From: an uncultured Candidatus Saccharibacteria bacterium
Lineage (GTDB): Bacteria > Patescibacteriota > Minisyncoccia > Phycocordibacterales > UBA5272
Reading direction: 5' to 3'
Assembly: GCA_964621595.1 (NCBI GenBank)
Contig: CAZUPO010000001.1
Location: 142,758-206,757, forward strand
Length of the DNA: 64,000 bases
The first letter of the stretch is position 1; each line of letters begins with the position of its first letter. The notes beneath the pieces were generated by a model. It saw only the letters and a list, made by a program, of their open reading frames with translations, did not search any database and had not been told where the DNA came from. This document shows positions 11,918 through 19,983 of this stretch, one piece after another. Both the position numbers and the translations under genes were made by a program.

Positions 11918-12457
11918 TTAATTGACTTTAAGTGATGCGAGAAGTTTCTGTGCAAGGTCGTGATTTGTCTTGCGGTTTTCTACTACCACCAACCATTCTC
12001 CGTCACGTACAGCGGCAACACTCCATTCACTTCCTTCTGATGAAGCAGTTTCCCAGTCAGTACTTCCAACTGTAGAGGTTCCATTTGGATTGATAACTGC
12101 AACATTAGGAGCAATTATGTTATTAATATAATCTGTGGAAGAGTATCCTCGTCCACCTTCGTAACTAAAATATACTGTTGCAACAGGCGCACCATCATTG
12201 GTTACCTTTACAAGAGCCCCCTCCATCCCAAGAGTGGTTGTGGCACTCTCTGGAACCGAGAAAGAATATTCTATCTTGTTCTCTCCTTCAAATACTCGCA
12301 CAACTTCTCCCATAACTTGCTTCATACCAACCTCCTGGACAGTAAGATCTGCATCATGCTGCCCGTTTCTATCTGATAATTTTTGAATACCGTACAATGC
12401 GGCTATAACAACCAAGGCACCTACTACTATACTTACATTTCTTTTCATAATACCCAT
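11918..12457 (-). CDS. hypothetical membrane-anchored or secreted protein
   Basis: 179 aa with an N-terminal TM (MKRNVSIVVGALVVIAALYG), then a Thr/Ser/Gly-rich beta-type sequence. AT-rich codon usage like the host. Confidence 0.5.
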   Translation of the reverse strand: MGIMKRNVSIVVGALVVIAALYGIQKLSDRNGQHDADLTVQEVGMKQVMGEVVRVFEGENKIEYSFSVPESATTTLGMEGALVKVTNDGAPVATVYFSYEGGRGYSSTDYINNIIAPNVAVINPNGTSTVGSTDWETASSEGSEWSVAAVRDGEWLVVVENRKTNHDLAQKLLASLKVN

Positions 12458-12534
12458 TAGTATACGCCTCTATTTCCCTGCTTGCAAAAGTTGACTAATC
12501 CAAAACTTTTCTTCATAATATAAAGGCGGTTGCC

Positions 12535-12925
12535 GTTGCGCGGGGACCCTGGCCACGAACCGTACGCTCACCAGCGGGGTACGTACGCTCGAAGAGCCAG
12601 GGTCCCCGGAGGCGGGAATGCGTGTCGGGGGAAACTCCGGCTTTTTGTTTTTCGGAACTATATTGTATTGCGAATACTTACAGAAAAATGCTAGAGTATG
12701 GTTGTCGGGTGCTTCGAGAAACGAGGAGAAAGGAGGGCTCCATCGCGGAGACCGGAAACCATACCCTGGGAAAGCACGGAAACCCGACTGTGTGATGATG
12801 GGGATCGGCATGGCCGCGCAACCAAGCGAGCGGACATCCTCGGGTAGAGGCCCAAGCGCCTCACCACGGCCATGTCCGATCCCCTCTCACCGCAAAGACC
12901 GCCACGCGCGGTTCTTTTTATTTAT
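12535..12925 (+). ncRNA. GC-rich structured noncoding locus; candidate ncRNA(s), identity unresolved
   Basis: About 390 nt at roughly 60% GC in an AT-rich genome with no plausible ORF. A perfect 12-bp inverted repeat GGGGACCCTGGC/GCCAGGGTCCCC is at 12542-12607. A CCGGAG...CTCCGG hairpin plus a T-run is at about 12608-12655. A second hairpin plus T-run (ACCGCC..GGCGGT + TCTTTTTATTTAT) is at about 12895-12925. Segments loosely resemble the RNase P CR-I and P4 3'-strand motifs (GGAGAAAGGAGGGCTCCAT, GGAAACCCGACTG). Confidence 0.4.
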
Positions 12926-12926
12926 G

Positions 12927-15011
12927 CTAGGTAGTCTTCTTAACTTTTTTCGGGCTGGCTTCGTCATTCGACACGTTTCCAAGGGAACGCTCTAAAAATT
13001 TTTCTTTAAGAATTTGAATCTCATCTCGTAATATTGCCGCTGTTTCGAAATCCAAAATCTTTACCGCTTCTTTCATGGCTTTTTCTTTTACCTTGATGAG
13101 ACGGTCTGGATTCTTTGCAAATAATTTCTTATCAATCTCAAGTTCAGCGTTCACAGCTTTTGCGTGTTCGCTTTGTAACTCCTCCGTAATATCTTTTATA
13201 TTCTTTTTGATAGTCGCTGGGGTTATGTTGTGTTCCTTGTTATATGCCTCCTGTAGCGCACGACGACGATTCGTCTCATTAATCGCTCTTTCTAATGAAC
13301 CGGTCATATGGTCAGCATAGAGAATGACCCTACCATCCTTGTTACGCGCAGCGCGACCAATGGTCTGGATGAGTGAAGTCTCACTACGCAAAAATCCTTC
13401 TTTGTCAGCATCTAAAATTCCAATAAGAGTGACTTCTGGTAAATCCAATCCTTCACGAAGAAGGTTCACGCCAACCAAGCAGTCAAAATCACCCTTGCGA
13501 AATCGTGTAAGAATCTGAATACGCTCGATGGTCTTCACATCACTATGGAGATACTCTGCCTTTACTTGTTTTTCTTTCAAATAGGTGGCGAGATTTTCTG
13601 CCATTTTCTTGGTGAGCGTAGTTACTAGTACACGACCACCTTTTTTCACATCCTTTACTACTTCATCAATAAAATCGTGAACCTGTCCTTTGTATGCACC
13701 ACTTTCTCCAACACGACGAACCTCGAGCGTTGGGTCGAGAAGTCCTGTTGGGCGGATGATCTGCTCGACCACTTGTGTAGATTCTTTTCTCTCATATTCC
13801 CCCGGTGTTGCACTTACGTAGACCACATCCCCGACACGTTCTTCGAACTCTTCATATCGTAGCGGGCGATTATCTTTTGCCGAAGGAAGTCGGAAACCAT
13901 ACTCAACAAGCGTTTGCTTGCGTGACTGATCTCCTGCATACATGCCGTGAAGTTGTGGAAGAGTAACGTGCGACTCGTCAATCACTGTTAAAAATTCTGG
14001 TTTACCATATTTGTCATGAGGAAAATATTCTAAAAGAGTGTCTGGTGCCTCCCCTGGTAACTTACCAGAGAGGTGACGTGAATAATTTTCTATCCCCTGG
14101 CAAAATCCAACCTCTTTGATCATAGCAACATCATAGCGTGTACGACGCTTCAGACGCTCTGCTTCAAGAATCTTTTTGTCTTCATCCAACTCTTTAAGAC
14201 GTGCCACCAATTCTTCATTGATAGTTTTAATAGCACGCTCTCGTGTAGGAACGTCAGAGATGAAGTGTTTCGCAGGGAAAATATAATATGTATCCACCTC
14301 ACTCAACACCTTCATAGACACTGGGTCGGTAACTTGCATGTGAGTGATTTTGCCACCAGCAATTTCTATCTGAAGCATTGTTGTTTCTGAAATCGGCATA
14401 ACGTCGATACGATTACCTAAAGCACGAAAAGTTCCCGGGGAGAGATCGGCGTTTGTTCTTTCATAGTACACACCAACGAATGTCTGCATGAGGTCAACCT
14501 TGGAGATAGGTTGCCCGACGGAGAGTTTTATATTTTCTCGTTCATAGTCCTTTGGTGACCCAAGACCATAGATACATGAAACAGAGGCGACAATAATAGT
14601 ATCCTTGCGAGTGAGAAGTGCTTGCGTGGAAGCGTGACGAAGACGATCTATTTCTTCGTTGATCTGAGCATCTTTCTCGATATACGTATCAGTAACTGGC
14701 ATGTACGCTTCTGGTTGATAGTAGTCATAGTAGGAAACAAAATAGTGTACTGCAGCATCTGGGAAAAATGTCCGGAACTCCTGAGCAAGCTGGGCGGCGA
14801 GGGTTTTGTTGTGCGCAATAACAAGTGTTGGTTTTTGAACATTGGCTATGACATTTGCAATGGTGAATGTTTTTCCTGTGCCTGTTGCTCCAAGAAGTGT
14901 TTGCTTGCGCATACCTTTAGAAAGCCCATCAGTGAGAGACTTGATGGCCTTTGGCTGATCCCCTGCTGGAGTGAATCCTTTGATAATAAATTTATTGTCT
15001 TTTCTTGACAT
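12927..15011 (-). CDS. uvrB: excinuclease ABC subunit B
   Basis: Helicase motifs (GATGTGKT Walker A), beta-hairpin region and a C-terminal UVR domain. Start set at MSRKDNKFIIKG (ATG at 15011); the track ORF extends upstream into GC-rich sequence. Confidence 0.95.
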   Translation of the reverse strand: MSRKDNKFIIKGFTPAGDQPKAIKSLTDGLSKGMRKQTLLGATGTGKTFTIANVIANVQKPTLVIAHNKTLAAQLAQEFRTFFPDAAVHYFVSYYDYYQPEAYMPVTDTYIEKDAQINEEIDRLRHASTQALLTRKDTIIVASVSCIYGLGSPKDYERENIKLSVGQPISKVDLMQTFVGVYYERTNADLSPGTFRALGNRIDVMPISETTMLQIEIAGGKITHMQVTDPVSMKVLSEVDTYYIFPAKHFISDVPTRERAIKTINEELVARLKELDEDKKILEAERLKRRTRYDVAMIKEVGFCQGIENYSRHLSGKLPGEAPDTLLEYFPHDKYGKPEFLTVIDESHVTLPQLHGMYAGDQSRKQTLVEYGFRLPSAKDNRPLRYEEFEERVGDVVYVSATPGEYERKESTQVVEQIIRPTGLLDPTLEVRRVGESGAYKGQVHDFIDEVVKDVKKGGRVLVTTLTKKMAENLATYLKEKQVKAEYLHSDVKTIERIQILTRFRKGDFDCLVGVNLLREGLDLPEVTLIGILDADKEGFLRSETSLIQTIGRAARNKDGRVILYADHMTGSLERAINETNRRRALQEAYNKEHNITPATIKKNIKDITEELQSEHAKAVNAELEIDKKLFAKNPDRLIKVKEKAMKEAVKILDFETAAILRDEIQILKEKFLERSLGNVSNDEASPKKVKKTT

Positions 15012-15068
15012 GGTCGATTGTGCATTATAACATATTTTCATCCTACTTATAACCGCAAGGGAGGTAGC

Positions 15069-15251
15069 ATGATTACAGACGAAGAAGATGGCGGACGCAT
15101 TGCCCTCAGTATCATCGAAGGGTGTGAGAAGTACGCAATCCGTGCCTGCATTGGTGCGGGCATCATCCTGGTGGTCACCCTCTGCTTCCTTCACCCGCAT
15201 GAAGCAAAAGGTCTCCTCATCAGGCTGCTCGAAGGTCTTCCGCGTGGCTAG
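15069..15251 (+). CDS. small GC-rich membrane protein (60 aa), hypothetical
   Basis: GGGAGG ribosome-binding site 6 nt before ATG. Product MITDEEDGGRIALSIIEGCEKYAIRACIGAGIILVVTLCFLHP... has one TM helix. GC3-rich codons are unlike the neighbours, and a strong terminator follows. Confidence 0.5.
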   Translation: MITDEEDGGRIALSIIEGCEKYAIRACIGAGIILVVTLCFLHPHEAKGLLIRLLEGLPRG

Positions 15252-15270
15252 AAGTTGCAAAGGAAGACAG

Positions 15271-15306
15271 CCCGGACCCCCTCAGGGTCCGGGTGAACTT
15301 TTTATA
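15271..15306 (+). terminator. intrinsic terminator CCCGGACCC-CCTCA-GGGTCCGGG followed by TGAACTTTTTAT
   Basis: Perfect 9-bp GC stem followed by a T-run. Confidence 0.7.
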
Positions 15307-15356
15307 TAAATGTATTCTATTGCATTATCCTCGATATACGCTATTCTTTTTATCAT

Positions 15357-16073
15357 ATGCAGGAGCCAGTTATTGTACAGAGAAGTGGTAGTCGCGGTGT
15401 AACGCGTCTTTCTTGGTTAACAAGTTATCATTCATTTTCTTTTGGTGGATATGTTCATCCTAAGTGGCACGGTTTCGGAACATTGGCCGTAGTAAATGAT
15501 GACGAGATCGGAGGAGGTGGAGGATTTTCACCACACCCACACAATGACATGGAAATAATTACTATTATTATTTCTGGAGAATTGCGTCACGAGGACAGTC
15601 TTGGTAATCATTGCGTACTTAAAAAAGGTGACGTGCAGATTATGTCTGCTGGAACAGGTATCGTACATGCTGAATATAATAATGACCCACACATTCCACT
15701 TAACCTTTTACAAATTTGGATAGAACCCAACGAAACTGGCGTCGTTCCTAGACACCAAGAACGACATTTTCCGTACTTCGAGGAAAGTAACATCATGTAC
15801 GAGGTCGCGGCACCAACCACTGCAAATAATGGTTTCGAAATACATCAAAATGCGTATGTGTATGTTGGTACCTATGATGCACAAAAAGTTCTCAGTTACA
15901 AACTGCACAACGAGCGTAACGGTGTGTTTGCTTTTGTGATAGAAGGAGAAGTTCTCGTAGATGCAAACAGATTACATGCGCGCGACAGCGTTCATATCGA
16001 AGGGTTGCCTGGAGTATCTATTAACTTCCAACAAAAAACAACGCTACTTCTCATGGAAGTTCCACTTTCGTAA
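15357..16073 (+). CDS. pirin-family (bicupin) protein
   Basis: Pirin N-terminal domain motifs (GFSPHPHNDMEII..., GELRHEDSLGN, IMSAGTGIVHAEYN); 238 aa. Confidence 0.85.
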   Translation: MQEPVIVQRSGSRGVTRLSWLTSYHSFSFGGYVHPKWHGFGTLAVVNDDEIGGGGGFSPHPHNDMEIITIIISGELRHEDSLGNHCVLKKGDVQIMSAGTGIVHAEYNNDPHIPLNLLQIWIEPNETGVVPRHQERHFPYFEESNIMYEVAAPTTANNGFEIHQNAYVYVGTYDAQKVLSYKLHNERNGVFAFVIEGEVLVDANRLHARDSVHIEGLPGVSINFQQKTTLLLMEVPLS

Positions 16074-16139
16074 GTCTTTGATCCTGGTTCCTATTTTTGA
16101 TAGTATTGGCATTGTACCCTAACCTGGGAGGAAGCGGGG

Positions 16140-16259
16140 ATGGAAAACGACAGCATGTCGGGAGGATACGACCTCGTCGGTCGTACCTTTCTCGTAGCAA
16201 TAGCGATTGTTGCGATTGCGGTTGGATTCGCGTTCGCGACAGTCTTGTACAACTGGTAG
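16140..16259 (+). CDS. small hydrophobic peptide (39 aa), hypothetical
   Basis: GGGAGG ribosome-binding site. Product MENDSMSGGYDLVGRTFLVAIAIVAIAVGFAFATVLYNW has a single TM. It is GC-rich and ends 13 nt before the next cassette gene. Confidence 0.4.
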   Translation: MENDSMSGGYDLVGRTFLVAIAIVAIAVGFAFATVLYNW

Positions 16260-16272
16260 CGAGGAGGAGAAC

Positions 16273-16557
16273 ATGAGTGACGAACTTGAGGAAGTGTTCG
16301 GGCACCTGTGGGAAGCAATTGGAACGGTGCTCGTCTGGGGGTTCACCATCATCGCTGCTGGCATCATGGTGATTCACCGGCAAGAGTTGCTTACCCACTG
16401 GCAGTTGACTCTTGCCAGCATGGCCATGGCAATCCTCGGGTGGCGCACGATTCCATACCCGTACCGAAACAGGATCGCTCAGGAGATCCTCGAACGCTAC
16501 GGCTGGTACAAGGCCATCGCGTACAAGGAAAGGATCTGGCGAACGCTCGGATGGTAG
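16273..16557 (+). CDS. small GC-rich membrane protein (94 aa), hypothetical
   Basis: Perfect GAGGAGGAG ribosome-binding site before ATG at 16273. Product MSDELEEVFGHLWEAIGTVLVWGFTIIAAGIMVIH... has two TM helices and a Trp/Tyr-rich tail. GC3-rich. Confidence 0.5.
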   Translation: MSDELEEVFGHLWEAIGTVLVWGFTIIAAGIMVIHRQELLTHWQLTLASMAMAILGWRTIPYPYRNRIAQEILERYGWYKAIAYKERIWRTLGW

Positions 16558-16583
16558 CAAGGCCTGGGCGCGTCGCGAAAAGG

Positions 16584-16630
16584 CGGGTGGAGGTCAGTAC
16601 GACCGGAGGTTCCACCCGCTTTTTAGTTTT
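16584..16630. terminator. bidirectional intrinsic terminator GCGGGTGGA...TCCACCCGC followed by TTTTTAGTTTT
   Basis: 9-bp stem then a T-run. It lies between the convergent small-protein cassette and the tgt 3' end. Confidence 0.75.
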
Positions 16631-17840
16631 TACTTTTGTAGTACCTAGTTAAAAACGCGTCTTTAAATTCTTGATATGTACCCAGGAGTAAATGTTTGCG
16701 CGCGTCTTCGCAAAGAGTAGTAAGAAATTTGAGGTTATGAATAGAAGCGAGGGTCCCCGCCAACATTTCGTTTGAACGAAAGAGGTGTGCGAGATAACTC
16801 TTCGTATACTTGTGTGTGTACCATGATGGATCATCACTTATCGGTGACATATCATTTTTGTACTGTACATTTAAAATATTAACTCTTCCATCATAAGTAA
16901 GTAGAGCGCCATTGCGTGCGATACGTGTAGGTGTCACACAATCAAATGTATCCACCCCTTGCTCGATTGCGAGCAAGATATCAATCGGCTCACCAATACC
17001 AAGAAGGTGTCGCGGCTTTCCTTCTGGAAGAATTTCGTTCACCCAACGAACCGCAGTTGTCATATCCTCTTTGGTAAAACTTCCCCCTATTCCATAGCCA
17101 TCAAACGGCATTGCACCGAGTACCCGCGCTGACTCTTTCCGCAAGTCTTCGTATGCTCCACCTTGCACGACACCAAAGAGTGCTTGTGGTAAACCAGTTG
17201 CGGAAGAATTACCAAGTTGCTTATGTCTATCAAGTGATCGCTTCGCCCAAGAATGAGTACGTTCAAGCGCTTCCTTTTGGTAGTCGTATGGCGCAAGAGG
17301 TGATGTACACTCGTCAAACGCAAAAAAAATATCCGCACCGAGTGCATGTTGTATTTCCATACTTCTCTCTGGGGTGAAGCGATGAGTGCTTCCATCGATA
17401 ATTGATTTGAATGTCACACCATCATCATCTATTTTTGCAAGTGATTCGTGTGGTGAAGATGACTCTTCGACACGAGAAAGTTCTTCGCTTGTTGCAACTT
17501 TACTTACACCACGCCCCAATGCTTGGCCGAGAGAAAAAACTTGGAATCCTCCACTGTCGGTAAAGGTAGGACCAGTCCATCCCATCATCTTTGCAAATCC
17601 TCCGTGCTTCTCTACGATAGACTCTCCTGGCTCGAGATAGAGATGGTAGGTGTTAGCAAGTACTGCTTGTGCGCCAACATACTCTTGTACTTCCTCAACA
17701 GTGAGCGCTTTAACTGTTGCTTTGGTACCAACAGTAATAAATGCTGGGGTCTGTATATCTCCATGTGGAGTATGGATAACACCAACTCGAGCGAGAGGAA
17801 ATTCATCTATTTTCTTAATAATTTCAAATGAAAATGACAT
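16623..17840 (-). CDS. tgt: queuine tRNA-ribosyltransferase
   Basis: 405 aa with a conserved Tgt N-terminus (LARVGVIHTPHGDIQTPAF), TIM-barrel motifs and a zinc-site region. Confidence 0.95.
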   Translation of the reverse strand: MSFSFEIIKKIDEFPLARVGVIHTPHGDIQTPAFITVGTKATVKALTVEEVQEYVGAQAVLANTYHLYLEPGESIVEKHGGFAKMMGWTGPTFTDSGGFQVFSLGQALGRGVSKVATSEELSRVEESSSPHESLAKIDDDGVTFKSIIDGSTHRFTPERSMEIQHALGADIFFAFDECTSPLAPYDYQKEALERTHSWAKRSLDRHKQLGNSSATGLPQALFGVVQGGAYEDLRKESARVLGAMPFDGYGIGGSFTKEDMTTAVRWVNEILPEGKPRHLLGIGEPIDILLAIEQGVDTFDCVTPTRIARNGALLTYDGRVNILNVQYKNDMSPISDDPSWYTHKYTKSYLAHLFRSNEMLAGTLASIHNLKFLTTLCEDARKHLLLGTYQEFKDAFLTRYYKSKN

Positions 17841-17955
17841 TACAGACTATACTATCATACTTTGACAACCATCGCTTTACTTGGTAGTGTTTTTTAAACT
17901 GCTCATTGTTTTTAGAGCGGAGAAGTAACTCCTACACAACCCCGAAAGGAACATC

Positions 17956-18708
17956 ATGCTCCCGCTTCACGATGAAAGTGAGCTTACGGGGAAAGTGTTG
18001 AAGTACTTCCCCGAGTCGTCCACGGTTCAGAATACGATGATCTTCAACTACATCTGCGTGATTGTGTCGATCGCGATTGATCGATTCCAACCGCACCAAG
18101 TCGCCATGTTGCGTGAGGCGATGATCTTCAGTGCAAGGAAGCACGCCGGAGTGATGCGTACCGGAGAAAAGGCGCCGTACATCGTGCATCTCCTTCGGAC
18201 ATGCATCATCTTGCTGAATCTTGACGTACGGATATTACCCCTTCTGGTCGCGCTCGTCCTCCACGACGTATACGAGGATACCGACGCGAAATTGAAGGAA
18301 CTGCAGAAGATGTTCGGGGTCAAGATCACCCAAATCATCTTCCTGCTCAGCAAGAACGTCCCGATCACCCCGGAGATGCGAGCACTCTTCGGAGAACTCG
18401 CCGGGGACTGGCTGGAGCTCCCGTTCTTCGAGAGGCTCCTTGCCATACCGGACCTCACGCTTCGGATCTGGTGCATCGTCTTGAAGGTGGTCGACAGGAT
18501 TGATAACCTGAAGACCCTCAAAGGGATGGGCCACGGCAGAATCTCTAGAAAGATCAAGGAGACTGAGGAGAAGATCCCTCCGCTGCTCAAGCACCTGGAA
18601 GAGGTGGTAGAGAAGTCCAACCCGCTTCACGAGGTCGTCGAGAACCTCGGGCGCGAATACGCGAGCGCGCTCACGCTCGCAAAGAAAACCTTGGCCCAAG
18701 AGGCCTGA
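17956..18708 (+). CDS. HD-domain small alarmone hydrolase (Mesh1/SAH-like, RelA/SpoT hydrolase-domain only)
   Basis: Motifs ARKHAG...APYIVH, LHDVYEDTD and KVVDRIDNL line up with Mesh1/SpoT HD motifs (HD...ED...D). 250 aa with no synthetase domain. GC3-rich; AAAGGA ribosome-binding site and own terminator. Confidence 0.7.
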   Translation: MLPLHDESELTGKVLKYFPESSTVQNTMIFNYICVIVSIAIDRFQPHQVAMLREAMIFSARKHAGVMRTGEKAPYIVHLLRTCIILLNLDVRILPLLVALVLHDVYEDTDAKLKELQKMFGVKITQIIFLLSKNVPITPEMRALFGELAGDWLELPFFERLLAIPDLTLRIWCIVLKVVDRIDNLKTLKGMGHGRISRKIKETEEKIPPLLKHLEEVVEKSNPLHEVVENLGREYASALTLAKKTLAQEA

Positions 18709-18747
18709 TCGCCGACACAAAACACCGTGTCGGCGATCTTACTTTAT
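18708..18747 (+). terminator. intrinsic terminator ATCGCCGACAC-loop-GTGTCGGCGAT followed by CTTACTTTAT
   Basis: Perfect 11-bp stem immediately after the hydrolase stop codon. Confidence 0.7.
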
Positions 18748-18771
18748 ACACCCACATACTCGTAATTAACC

Positions 18772-19917
18772 CTAACTCTCTTTTACTGTGTTCGCGACTA
18801 CTTCAACCACTCCTTTATCGAACATGTTAGGAAGTATTGCATCCACTGTTGGATTCTTTACATATGCGGCGAGCGCTTCTGCGATAGTTATAAATACTCC
18901 GTTATCAAATTGCTTCTTGTTTCCTTCTAACATTCCTTTGAATGCTCCAGGAAAAACGAGTGAGTTATTGATCTGGTTTGGATAATCGCTTCTCCCTGTT
19001 GCCATGATAAACACCCCAGCCTCATGCGCGACTTCCGGCATAATCTCTGGTGTTGGATTCGCGAGGGCAAAAATAATCGGTCGCTCTGCCATACTCTTTA
19101 CCATATCTCCAGTAACTGCATTTGGTTTGGATAGTCCGATGAATACATGCGCGCCTTTCATGGCGTCCTCAAGTGTCCCTTCAGATACCTTTGCAATACT
19201 TCCTAAGAGTAATTCTTTCTTTTCTTTCGTTAGATCAGTTCTACCTGCGTGAATGATCCCCTTACTATCACAAAAAACAATATTCTTTGCTCCATAAGAA
19301 ATGAGGAGTCGTGCAGTTGCTACACCTGCTGCACCTACACCAGAAAAAACAATTTTTACTTCTTCTTTTGTGATACCCCGCAACGCTGTTGCATTAATGA
19401 ATGCAGCGAGTGCAACAGTGGCTGCTCCCCACTGATCATCATGCATAACAGGGATATCCAATTCCTTACGAAGGCGTTCTTCAATTGTAAAACATTTTGG
19501 TGCCGCAATATCTTCGAGATTTATACCACCAAACACCGGTGCTATGTGTTTAACTACGTTAATAATTTCCTCTTCATCTTGGGTATCTAAACAAATAGGA
19601 AACGCATCCACTCCCGCGAATGATTTAAATATTGCGGCTTTCCCTTCCATGACCGGAATAGCTGCTTTTGCTCCGAGATTTCCAAGACCCAGTATCGCAG
19701 AACCGTCACTTACAATTGCTATAGTATTTTTCTTGAGTGTATACTCGTTTGCCAACGACGGGTCACGAGCGATTTCTCGACACACCTCTGCCACTCCTGG
19801 GGTGTACGCACGCGAAAGATCCTCTCGTGTCACAAGCGGAACCTTGGAGACTATTTCTATCTTTCCACCATGATCCTTGTGAAGTTCGATAGCTTCTTTA
19901 TTGTAATCGTGTTGCAT
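18772..19917 (-). CDS. NAD(P)-dependent malic enzyme (short form)
   Basis: Malic-enzyme N-terminal and NAD-binding motifs (YTPGVAEVCREI, IVSDGSAILGLGNLG, GAGAAGVA). Confidence 0.9.
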   Translation of the reverse strand: MQHDYNKEAIELHKDHGGKIEIVSKVPLVTREDLSRAYTPGVAEVCREIARDPSLANEYTLKKNTIAIVSDGSAILGLGNLGAKAAIPVMEGKAAIFKSFAGVDAFPICLDTQDEEEIINVVKHIAPVFGGINLEDIAAPKCFTIEERLRKELDIPVMHDDQWGAATVALAAFINATALRGITKEEVKIVFSGVGAAGVATARLLISYGAKNIVFCDSKGIIHAGRTDLTKEKKELLLGSIAKVSEGTLEDAMKGAHVFIGLSKPNAVTGDMVKSMAERPIIFALANPTPEIMPEVAHEAGVFIMATGRSDYPNQINNSLVFPGAFKGMLEGNKKQFDNGVFITIAEALAAYVKNPTVDAILPNMFDKGVVEVVANTVKES

Positions 19918-19983
19918 GTTGTAACTAATTGTTAGTACTATAGTTTTTAATTCCGTATACTAGAGTATATACTATAAAAAATA

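Noticed and set aside
12535-12925. Direct assignment of this locus as RNase P RNA or tmRNA.
   Set aside because: The two RNase P-like motifs are only about 30 nt apart, and the CR-II (GGUAAGAGCGCACC) motif is absent. No GGUUCGAUUCC T-arm or tag-peptide reading frame for tmRNA was found on either strand. Identity is left open.
12470-12995. ORFs 12470-12811 (-) and 12618-12995 (+) across the GC-rich region.
   Set aside because: Translations are Arg/Pro/Gly-rich with no domain or hydrophobic core and no ribosome-binding site. The DNA is dominated by perfect inverted repeats and terminator hairpins, which is better explained as structured RNA or noncoding sequence.
18048-18720. Antisense ORFs (190 aa and 161 aa) opposite the alarmone hydrolase gene.
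   Set aside because: GC-rich genes generate long antisense ORFs. The sense frame has clear HD-domain motifs, a ribosome-binding site and a terminator.
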